Shown here: piece after piece, positions 55,668-64,000 of the stretch
Layout: every line of letters starts with the position of its first letter
How positions within the stretch are numbered: position 1 is the stretch's first letter
Source: a virus
Lineage: Duplodnaviria; Caudoviricetes
Virus record (IMG/VR): IMGVR_UViG_3300005838_000623
Location: 1-64,000 of that record
DNA length: 64,000 nt
Strand: one strand, 5' to 3'
Notes under the pieces: generated by a model
Database searches by the model: none
Told to the model about the DNA's origin: nothing
The model's input: the letters and a program-made list of their open reading frames with translations, nothing else
Position numbers and translations under genes: made by a program

Positions 55668-56018
55668 ATGGCAACAGTAACAAGAACAAATCCAGCCGCA
55701 ACAACAACAGGTGTTGAAATGGTTGGTCCAGATCTAACATTTTTTACAATTGATTATATTGTGGCAGTAAACGGTTCAGCAGGCGCCGCTGGCGCACAAG
55801 CAGCTACATTGCGTATAATTAACACAATGCATACAATTGTTGCAGCCGGTCCATTGCATAACTCAAATACAGAGCAAACTTTCGCAATTGAGGGTCCTTT
55901 GTTTACCCCAACAGGTGGCACAACATTACAAGCACAAATTAGAGCATTAGGCACAGTAGATGGTGTTTCACTTGCAGGCGCAGTAGTAACAGTAAAAGAT
56001 TTAAGTATTGGAACATAA
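55668..56018 (+). CDS. Small virion protein (possible capsid decoration)
   Basis: Own late promoter (55633-55640), AAGGAG SD and terminator; directly after MCP. Confidence 0.6.
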   Translation: MATVTRTNPAATTTGVEMVGPDLTFFTIDYIVAVNGSAGAAGAQAATLRIINTMHTIVAAGPLHNSNTEQTFAIEGPLFTPTGGTTLQAQIRALGTVDGVSLAGAVVTVKDLSIGT

Positions 56019-56041
56019 TTAAAGTTATAAGTTTCAGGAAC

Positions 56042-56067
56042 AAACCACCCACTTTGGGTGGTTTTTT
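56042..56067 (+). terminator. Rho-independent terminator
   Basis: AAACCACCC-ACTTT-GGGTGGTTT plus T tract; same stem as 55596. Confidence 0.85.
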
Positions 56068-56160
56068 CTTGGATAAATACAAATGCGTAGTAATACACTA
56101 CGTTTATGGGGAACACCATCCCCGTAATCCATAGAATGGATAACCTTAAGGAGAAACAAA

Positions 56161-56784
56161 ATGGGAAGACCAATTAACAAAAAGCACATTGGTGACGGTG
56201 TAGGTAAAATTCAAGTCACCGCAGTACGATTCGCAGCCGGCGCAGAAGTAGCTGCCGCAACAGAAGCACATATTATTCAGCAAAAAGGAACTAAGAAGTT
56301 TAAAGTAACTGATGGTTCCAAAACTGAAGTAGTTACCCTAGTAAATAAGAGCCCAGGCTCATTAGCAGCTAGTGAAATGTGTATTAACGTTACAGACTCA
56401 CTTGGTGTATCAAAGCAGATCACAAAATTACGCAACAGAACCTTCCAAGTTGAAGGCACATCTAACGCAAAGTGGTCACGTTCTGCTACTGGTACTTCAT
56501 CAGCAGTTGAAAAAGTTATCACAGGCGCAACAGCCGCCAACCCTGTAGTAATTACAAGTAATGGTCATGGACTTGCAAATGGTACAAAAGTTTCTATCCG
56601 TGGTGTAGTAGGTATGGTAGAACTTAATGTTGAAACAGCATTTACTGTAGCATCCACAGCTACTAATACGTTTGCATTATCAGGTATTAACGGTTCTGCT
56701 TATACAGCATACACTTCGGGTGGTGTTGCAACAGCTGCCGCTGTAACTTCTGGTTCAATCGTAGTTGACGCACAAGTATCATAA
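56161..56784 (+). CDS. Virion protein with E1-FCCH-like beta domain
   Basis: ITGATAANPVVITSNGHGLANG...GMVELN...NTFAL...YTSGG. Confidence 0.6.
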   Translation: MGRPINKKHIGDGVGKIQVTAVRFAAGAEVAAATEAHIIQQKGTKKFKVTDGSKTEVVTLVNKSPGSLAASEMCINVTDSLGVSKQITKLRNRTFQVEGTSNAKWSRSATGTSSAVEKVITGATAANPVVITSNGHGLANGTKVSIRGVVGMVELNVETAFTVASTATNTFALSGINGSAYTAYTSGGVATAAAVTSGSIVVDAQVS

Positions 56785-56807
56785 ACTTTATAAAGTTAGT
56801 GATTTTG

Positions 56808-56831
56808 AAGAGGGGCCACGTGGCCCCTTTT
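56808..56831 (+). terminator. Rho-independent terminator
   Basis: AGGGGCCACGTGGCCCCT perfect palindrome plus TTT. Confidence 0.8.
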
Positions 56832-56877
56832 CTATTTAAAAATTGTATAAATAATATAACATTGGAAATAACGAAAT

Positions 56878-57756
56878 ATGGCTAGAAACCTTACGACAAG
56901 TGGTGATTATACAATTGATGCTGGTACAAATGATATTAAATTAACAGCATCTGATATTACAGTTACTGGTAATTTAGCAGTTACCGGCACAACCACTACT
57001 ATTACAACTACCAACACAGCAATAACAGATAATGTTATTGTTTTGAATAAAGATGAATCTGGTGCAGGTGTTACTGCAGGTACTGCTGGTGTAGAAATTG
57101 AACGTGGTTCAGTTGATAACGCATCAATTATTTGGAATGAAACGACTGATAAATTTAATTTAAAAGTAGGATCAGGATTAGCGGCGTTAGACGTACTTAA
57201 TGTTACCTCATCTGGTGGCTTAACAATAGGCGCAATTACTATCACATCTATATTAGATGAAGATAATATGGCAAGTGATAGTGCTGTAGCATTATCAACA
57301 CAACAAAGTATTAAAGCATATGTTGATACTACAGTTTCTGGCTCAGCTGGTGGTGCTAATACACAAGTTCAATATAATAGTTCAAGTGCATTTGCTGGTA
57401 ATTCTGCATTTACATTTAATAGTGGAACAGGAGCAGTAGGAATTACTGGACAATTAAATATAGATAATTTAAGAGCAGACGGCAATACTATTAGTTCAAC
57501 AGACACAAATGGTAACATTACACTTAGTCCTAATGGAACTGGAGTGATTACTTTGGGTAAAGCAGCTGATGTAAGCATCCAGTGTAATTTTGCAGACCAA
57601 GGTAGTGATCCAAGTGCTACAGCAACTAAGAATAAAATTTATTCTAAAGCACCAAGTGGTGGTGGTACAGGATTGTATTTTGTTAATAACACAACGAGTG
57701 GAGAAATGATAAGTAAAAGTAAAGCAATTGCTTTTTCTTTAGTATTTGGTGGATAA
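56878..57756 (+). CDS. Fibre-like virion structural protein
   Basis: GTTTT...DNVIVL...AGVEIERG...WNETTD module; T/S/G-rich. Confidence 0.65.
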   Translation: MARNLTTSGDYTIDAGTNDIKLTASDITVTGNLAVTGTTTTITTTNTAITDNVIVLNKDESGAGVTAGTAGVEIERGSVDNASIIWNETTDKFNLKVGSGLAALDVLNVTSSGGLTIGAITITSILDEDNMASDSAVALSTQQSIKAYVDTTVSGSAGGANTQVQYNSSSAFAGNSAFTFNSGTGAVGITGQLNIDNLRADGNTISSTDTNGNITLSPNGTGVITLGKAADVSIQCNFADQGSDPSATATKNKIYSKAPSGGGTGLYFVNNTTSGEMISKSKAIAFSLVFGG

Positions 57757-57759
57757 AAT

Positions 57760-58158
57760 ATGGCAGTCACAATAACAAACATAGTAAACGTAGCTTCAAC
57801 AGCAGTTTTTACGGCATCAGGTAGTGTTGCGGTTACAGATATAATAATATTTAATACAGATCCTCATGCAGATTCACATTTTCATTGGAAACTAAACTTA
57901 GTACCTAGTGGTGATGGTGTGACAGTTAATAATGTATTATTTAATTCAGGTGGTGGTGGTGCTCTTACAGTGCCAATTTTACCTGGATCTAGTATACATG
58001 TAAATACTGTTTCAGGTATGGTAGCAAATAAATGGCTACTTGCTAATGGTGATAAGTTTTATATTGATTTAGACGCCACATCTAATTCATCTGGAACCTG
58101 GTCAGGTTCTCCTGCTACAGTTCCAGTAAACGTATTTGTTAATTACATGAGCTTATAA
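57760..58158 (+). CDS. Virion structural protein (hypothetical)
   Basis: 132 aa, beta-rich, within the late operon. Confidence 0.6.
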   Translation: MAVTITNIVNVASTAVFTASGSVAVTDIIIFNTDPHADSHFHWKLNLVPSGDGVTVNNVLFNSGGGGALTVPILPGSSIHVNTVSGMVANKWLLANGDKFYIDLDATSNSSGTWSGSPATVPVNVFVNYMSL

Positions 58159-58159
58159 T

Positions 58160-58591
58160 ATGCCTTTTGATAGCACTAGACCAGAATACTTTCCACATTC
58201 TATTTTTAGATTAGCCGACACTAAAGGCATGGCTGTGCCTACAGGCACAACTGCTCAACGGCCGGTAGCTCCTATTTTAATTAATGGTGCAATAAGATAT
58301 AATTCTACTTTAAATGCTATAGAAGCATATATTAATGGTTCTTGGGGAACAATAAGATCAACAGGTACCTCAACTATTACTAAAGACACAGCAACTGGCA
58401 ATAATGTATTAACGGCATTTAATATGTTAAGTGCTAGTGTTGCTGATGAGAATAATGTTTTAATTTTTATTAATAACGTTTTTCAAGAAGCAGATGTAGC
58501 ATATACTATATCAGGAACTACTGTCACATTTACTTCCGCTCCTCCGAACACTCATAAAATAGTAGCATTGAGTGGATTTGATACCGTTTAA
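58160..58591 (+). CDS. Virion structural protein
   Basis: PTGTTAQRP...GAIRYNS module plus VLIFINNVFQ...YTISGTTVTFTSAP module. Confidence 0.65.
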   Translation: MPFDSTRPEYFPHSIFRLADTKGMAVPTGTTAQRPVAPILINGAIRYNSTLNAIEAYINGSWGTIRSTGTSTITKDTATGNNVLTAFNMLSASVADENNVLIFINNVFQEADVAYTISGTTVTFTSAPPNTHKIVALSGFDTV

Positions 58592-58641
58592 TACTTTTAC
58601 CAAACTAAATAGTATAAAGTGTTATACAATCGGAGAATAGT

Positions 58642-61600
58642 ATGGCTATAGGTCGCGTTTCAGGCCCGATGTTACAAGCAAACCTTGAGCGTCAAGGTTC
58701 CAACCTAGCATTTGAGACTAATTTATTATATTTAGATGTTACTAATTCACGTATCGGTGTTGGTACAGCATCTCCAGGATTTTCTTTGGAAGTTGCAGGC
58801 GATGCTGAGATTGGTAATGTTGAAATAGACACAAATACTATTACAACAACAAACACTAATGGTAACTTGATATTAAATGCTAATGGTACAGGCACTATTG
58901 ATGTTTCAAGTAAAAAGATTACTAGTGTGGCCACTCCAACAGCAGGAACAGATGCCGCAAATAAAACATATGTAGATTCAGTAGTTGGTACAACTGATGG
59001 TATGGATCTTGATTTAGGTACTCCAACTGACAGTAGTTTAACAGTTGATGGTGCTTATTTAAATTGGCTTACAACTACAAAAGTTACAGATGCTATTGAT
59101 GATTTAAACGAAGTTACAGAAAATATTCGTAATGATACATTTGTTAAATCAACGTCATTTGTTGCAAACGTTACTTCTGGTGGTGCTGGTTTAGTAGTAA
59201 CTTTAACTATTACTACTGTTGGTAATCCTAATAGATATGATATTACTTGGGGTGATGGCAATAGTACAAATAACACATCAGATTCTACGCCAACACATAC
59301 CTATGCTACAAACGTAGGCTCACCATTTACTGTAACAGTTCGTGCTTATAATAATGGTGGAGCAGGATCTGGTAGTGAAGCAAGTTCTACAAGAACAAGC
59401 TACATTATAATTTATACAGCCAACCCAGTTGTAAGTTTTGCCGCATATGCCGCTTCCACAGGTGGCAGTCCAATTACATATTGGGATGACGGTGCAACTG
59501 TTTATTTTGATAATAACACAACAAATATTGGTGGAGCAACCATACAATATACTTGGGATTGGGGCGATAGTGAAAGTGACAATGTTATTTCAAGTGATAG
59601 TGCCGCAGGTGGTAGTGTTGGTGCTAGACTTGCTCATACATTTACAGCAAGCACGGAACAAGAACGAACTAGAACGGTTGAACTAACATTAGATGCACAT
59701 AATACTGCGGACCCATCACAAATACCTACTGATAGTAGTACTGCTCATAAGATTTATGATACACATACGCCAACAGTAGGATTAAGTGCTACAACAGGTA
59801 TAAACCAAGAAGGCACAAGTGGATTGCCAATAACATTTACTAATAACACAGAAGCAACTATTGGTAATTTTGCTACTTACGGACAACAATATGTTTATAC
59901 TTGGGGTGATGGCACAGCAAATACCACAGTAAACGTAGGTGTTGGAGGTTCAGGTGATACAGGTAATACTTTAGCACACACATTTGCATTAAGTGGAGCT
60001 AACCAAGCGGCTGGTAATGATGTAGATTATACTGGTAACTTACGAGTAACAAGTAGTCATTCAAGTAGTCCGTTTATAAGTGCTAACTTTACTGTACACG
60101 TAGAGCCCGATGTGCGTTGCAACATTGCGGCAACTGCGGTAACAATAAGTGACCGCTCAGGTGATAATCAATATGATTTGTACGATTTGACTGACTATAA
60201 TGGAAATAATAGAGCACTAGTAAGAGCAACTAATACATCACAAAATGCTGACAGTTATGTATATACTTGGAATGATGGTGACACTAATAATGTTACAGAA
60301 GATGGTTCAGCCGCGGGTAGTATTGGTGCTACATTAGATCACAGCTATGCTGGCGAATCTGCCGGCAACTATATTGTAAGTGTGTTAGCATCAGGCACTC
60401 CAGATTTAACAGCACAAACTGATACAGATGCTGACCAAACATTTACTATAAACGCAACTCCAGCCGCTCCAGGTAACTTGAGTGCAGAGTCACTTACATT
60501 GTCAGATTCATATCAAGGCTCAAGTCCAAAATTGTGTTCTGGTTTTGCTGATAATAGTACAAGTAATCCTTTAAGTGCTGGTGCAAGTTTAACAACAACT
60601 ACAGCAAGACGTTATACAAGTGGTACAATTGATACAAATAATGTTACTAATGCTTATAATGGCGGAGCAGGCACACTCACAGCCAAAGTTAATGGTGTAG
60701 ATAGAGGTAATAAAACATTTAGTTCAACATTAAATGAAAATGGAACGTTTACTTCACTTGTAGTATCTGACCAACGAGACGCCAACGATACTATTAGTTC
60801 ATCAACATACCCAACAGGTTTTTATCAAACATTTGATGCTAAAATTACACAAGCATTGGGTAGTTATACAGTAGGTGTTAATGATGAAAGATTAGAACAT
60901 AGTGCTACGGGTAACACAAATTATGTATCAGTTGTTTATGACGATATTACAGCAAGTCCAACAGTTGCCAACGTAGGCACATTGTCAGAAGGAACTGCTG
61001 GTACAAAACGATATATTTCGGGTGTTCCATATTATAACACAGGCAGTCCAACACTTAACTTGGCAGGTGTCCAAATTAGTAATTTAACTGGCCAAGCATA
61101 TAAAGATACTTCTTCAGTAGTTGAAGTTGATAGTGGAACAAATCAAGAAAGTACGTCAAGTAACGCATTTAGTAATCAAAATTACACATATGCGAACATT
61201 GATGGTGCCTCGACAATGTTAAGCAGTGGTATTCCCGTTGCTGATACTGGTGTTGCGTCAGCATATACTTTAGGCACATTATCCATACCAATTACGACAA
61301 GTAGTGTGCGAACTGTTGACCGAGCAAAAGTGCGTTGTAGTAATACTAACGGCACAACATCATATTCAAATATTGGCACTACAAATATTCAAGTACATAG
61401 ATCATCACAAAGTGGTATTGTTGAGCAGACTATTGTTGTAGCAGATGCGTTGGGCAATGGCACACATACAGATGACGGAAAACGAGTATTTAATTTTAGT
61501 GCGGCCACTACAGATAATCCTGCAGTTGTTAGTGCAACAAATTATTATACTAGCAGTTTATATAGTGAGAGTGCTGACCCAGGTGTGAGTGGAACTAAAG

Positions 61601-62085
61601 AAGCAACTATTAGACTTGGCGTAATGAAATATGATGTAACAAATTATAGTTCAGGTTACTTGCCAGTTGGCCCAGATCGTAGTGGTGATACAGGAGCACA
61701 ATATTATACTTTTGCTTTTCGTAGACAAGTTGTTAGTAACTTTGATCTTAATATTACTTCAGCAGGTATTGCTGGACTTTGGATAGCCGCTCCAGGTACT
61801 GATATTGATGATGCCAGTGGATTAAATGGCTGGATTGATGCAAGTACAACATATGGTGGTAGTGGTGTTCCTGGAAGTGATACAGGTAACGGTGGTAATG
61901 GTTCAGATGGTTGTGCATTTACTTCAGGTGATAGAATTGCCGCAAGCACAGCATTAAGTGGTGGTTACACAATGACATTAGGCTCAGAAAATATGTCTAA
62001 TGCTACAGCAAATGTTGTGTTAGTAAGAATAAAATTAACAACAGGCCAAAGTGTAACGGCTATTAGCGTAGGAGAAGCGAGCTAA
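58642..62085 (+). CDS. Large fibre/structural protein with PKD-like (Ig-fold) repeats
   Basis: Repeated Y-x-[WI]-x-WGDG...HT[YF] motifs (about four); MAIGRVSGPML start. Confidence 0.7.
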   Translation: MAIGRVSGPMLQANLERQGSNLAFETNLLYLDVTNSRIGVGTASPGFSLEVAGDAEIGNVEIDTNTITTTNTNGNLILNANGTGTIDVSSKKITSVATPTAGTDAANKTYVDSVVGTTDGMDLDLGTPTDSSLTVDGAYLNWLTTTKVTDAIDDLNEVTENIRNDTFVKSTSFVANVTSGGAGLVVTLTITTVGNPNRYDITWGDGNSTNNTSDSTPTHTYATNVGSPFTVTVRAYNNGGAGSGSEASSTRTSYIIIYTANPVVSFAAYAASTGGSPITYWDDGATVYFDNNTTNIGGATIQYTWDWGDSESDNVISSDSAAGGSVGARLAHTFTASTEQERTRTVELTLDAHNTADPSQIPTDSSTAHKIYDTHTPTVGLSATTGINQEGTSGLPITFTNNTEATIGNFATYGQQYVYTWGDGTANTTVNVGVGGSGDTGNTLAHTFALSGANQAAGNDVDYTGNLRVTSSHSSSPFISANFTVHVEPDVRCNIAATAVTISDRSGDNQYDLYDLTDYNGNNRALVRATNTSQNADSYVYTWNDGDTNNVTEDGSAAGSIGATLDHSYAGESAGNYIVSVLASGTPDLTAQTDTDADQTFTINATPAAPGNLSAESLTLSDSYQGSSPKLCSGFADNSTSNPLSAGASLTTTTARRYTSGTIDTNNVTNAYNGGAGTLTAKVNGVDRGNKTFSSTLNENGTFTSLVVSDQRDANDTISSSTYPTGFYQTFDAKITQALGSYTVGVNDERLEHSATGNTNYVSVVYDDITASPTVANVGTLSEGTAGTKRYISGVPYYNTGSPTLNLAGVQISNLTGQAYKDTSSVVEVDSGTNQESTSSNAFSNQNYTYANIDGASTMLSSGIPVADTGVASAYTLGTLSIPITTSSVRTVDRAKVRCSNTNGTTSYSNIGTTNIQVHRSSQSGIVEQTIVVADALGNGTHTDDGKRVFNFSAATTDNPAVVSATNYYTSSLYSESADPGVSGTKEATIRLGVMKYDVTNYSSGYLPVGPDRSGDTGAQYYTFAFRRQVVSNFDLNITSAGIAGLWIAAPGTDIDDASGLNGWIDASTTYGGSGVPGSDTGNGGNGSDGCAFTSGDRIAASTALSGGYTMTLGSENMSNATANVVLVRIKLTTGQSVTAISVGEAS

Positions 62086-63365
62086 TGCCCATTTCCGATA
62101 GCCAGAAAGTTGATTACCTTTGGAAAAAGATTGGTTACTCTGCTACTAAAACAGATACAAATACTGCTAAAAAAGCACCCAATGAAGCCATAGCAAGTCC
62201 GTTGCCATTACGTGGTGACAAAGTAATGAAAGATGCTGGAAGTATTCCAGCAGTTATGCCTGGTAGTAATGCATCTCCGGTAACAGTATATCTAACAACT
62301 GCTCCAGATGAATGTACTGTTGACGGTACTTCAGCCGCAAATAGAACTTGGAAAACTGGACTAACAGATTGGATTAGTCCTGAGTTTGGTTCAACCTACC
62401 AAGTTAAAGTTTATATTCATACTACTGGTAATCCGGGCTCAGCCGCATCAGGTGGTGACCAAGTGTTTGCTACTGGTTCCGGCAACAACGATGAATGGTT
62501 TTTTGATTACCAAAGTGGTGTATTACATTTTGTTGGTACAAACTTACCTAATGGTATTAGTTTTACTGGTAAAAGTTGTTATATAAGCGGTGCAAGATAC
62601 ACTGGCGAGTTTGGTGTTGGTGGTGATTTAGGCAATTTTACATTTGTTACTAACACTGTGTCAACAAGTGGTTCAAATGAGAACTTAATTGTTGATCCAA
62701 ATGGAACAGGTACGTTAGTTATATCAGCAACTAACTCAATGCGTCCTCCAATAGGCACAACAGCCCAACGTCCTGGTAGTCCAACTGCTGGTGATTTTCG
62801 TTATAACTCAACTGAAACTAAATTAGAATATTATAATGGATCTGCTTGGACTTTATTACAAGCATCTTCAAGTTCTACTATGACAAGTGAAACATTTACT
62901 GGTAATGGAGTTTTAACAGCATTTACTTTAGCAACTACACAAACAACAGCAAATGTCATTGTCAGTATTGAAGGTGCCATTCAACGACCAACAACTGCTT
63001 ATGCTGTAAGTGGCACTACCTTAACATTTACTGAAGTACCAGCAAATGGTGATGTAATTGAAGTAAGAAAAGTTAATACATTATCATCAGTTTCTTCACT
63101 TCAACTTTCAGATACAGATGGTGATACTGTAGTACAAGTTGAAGAATCAGGTGACGAAGATAAAATACGAATGGATACAGGAGGTACTGAACGAGTTGTT
63201 ATAGATAGCACAAAAATTGAAACAAAAGTACCTGTACAATTCCCTACATATACAACCACACAACGCAATGCATTATCAGGTGTAGCAGATGGTATGGTTA
63301 TTTACAATTCCACCACTAGTAAGTTCCAAGGACGAGCGGGTAGTTCTTGGATAGATTTCCACTAA
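62085..63365 (+). CDS. Virion structural / fibre protein
   Basis: PIGTTAQRP...FRYNS; TFTGNG...YAVSGTTLTF; C-terminal GMVIYNST. Confidence 0.65.
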   Translation: MPISDSQKVDYLWKKIGYSATKTDTNTAKKAPNEAIASPLPLRGDKVMKDAGSIPAVMPGSNASPVTVYLTTAPDECTVDGTSAANRTWKTGLTDWISPEFGSTYQVKVYIHTTGNPGSAASGGDQVFATGSGNNDEWFFDYQSGVLHFVGTNLPNGISFTGKSCYISGARYTGEFGVGGDLGNFTFVTNTVSTSGSNENLIVDPNGTGTLVISATNSMRPPIGTTAQRPGSPTAGDFRYNSTETKLEYYNGSAWTLLQASSSSTMTSETFTGNGVLTAFTLATTQTTANVIVSIEGAIQRPTTAYAVSGTTLTFTEVPANGDVIEVRKVNTLSSVSSLQLSDTDGDTVVQVEESGDEDKIRMDTGGTERVVIDSTKIETKVPVQFPTYTTTQRNALSGVADGMVIYNSTTSKFQGRAGSSWIDFH

Positions 63366-63602
63366 AATCTATATTCTACATACCTTCCATTAAGAAAAAA
63401 CTACTGCTACAATTTCTTAACCTACACAATAAATACAATACTGCTGTATATGCTCGAGCATATATTTTGTATGATCTTTATTATCTACTATTAGAATAGA
63501 AGTAAAGGGGCCTTCAGAGTATAGAAGGTGTCATTCCACTATATGTATATACGGTATTTTACAAGGTCTTAGCGGACCTTTTTAAGGAATGGAGAAAAAT
63601 AA

Positions 63603-64000
63603 ATGGCTTTAACTAGATTAGGAACAGATCAGATCGCTGATAGTGCTATTACTAACGCCAAGATCTCTGCTTCTGCCGATATTGCTGGCAGTAAGTTAGA
63701 AGATGATATGACGTATGGTAGTAACTTGACGGTTTCTGGTAACCTAGTAGTAAATGGTACAACTACAACAGTTGATACTACAAACATGTCTATTGAAGAT
63801 CCACTTTTAGTTTTTAGTTCAGGCGCAAGCGGTTCAGCATCTGTTGACGCTGGTTTTGTTGTAGAACGTGGTGATGATACAAACGTTGGTCTTATTTGGG
63901 ATGAATCTGCAGATAAGTTTAACTTTGTCACAACTAACGAAACTGGTAGTACAGCAGGCAACGTAACAGTCGCCGGTCAAGCAAACATCATTGCTGGTAA
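63603..64000 (+). CDS. Fibre-like structural protein (partial, runs off window; absent from ORF track)
   Basis: MALTRLGTDQIADSAITNAKI...EDPLLVF...DAGFVVERG...WDESAD; GGAG SD. Confidence 0.75.
   Translation, partial: MALTRLGTDQIADSAITNAKISASADIAGSKLEDDMTYGSNLTVSGNLVVNGTTTTVDTTNMSIEDPLLVFSSGASGSASVDAGFVVERGDDTNVGLIWDESADKFNFVTTNETGSTAGNVTVAGQANIIAG

Noticed and set aside
1-64000. Alternative genetic code or stop-codon recoding
   Set aside because: Core genes are intact in code 11 and TAA, TAG and TGA all end genes at sensible positions

Overview
AT-rich segment of a large T4-like (myovirus, probably aquatic and uncultured) phage genome, read in standard code 11. 1-12.4 kb (minus strand) is an accessory biosynthetic island with five radical SAM enzymes carrying N-terminal Cys-rich twitch/SPASM-like domains, a SufT/DUF59 Fe-S maturation gene and three GT-A-like glycosyltransferases, driven by perfect sigma70 promoters. 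12.4-39.9 kb (minus strand) holds fibre and baseplate genes, including a 4847-aa mosaic protein and gp6, gp25, gp5, gp53 and gp48/54-like genes. 39.9-46 kb holds the gp55 late sigma factor, gp47/gp46, an unlisted Hc1-like protein, a Holliday-junction resolvase, a roughly 300-nt densely structured non-coding region (best candidate for an undescribed ncRNA), an aminoacyl-tRNA-protein transferase-like gene and a DUF1415-like gene. 46-64 kb holds gp51/gp26-like, tape-measure-like, portal, core, protease, scaffold, major capsid and fibre/decoration genes. A TAAATA late-promoter motif precedes nearly every structural unit. All family calls are motif recognition by eye; no database search was run. 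No tRNA, rRNA, CRISPR array or mobile element was seen.
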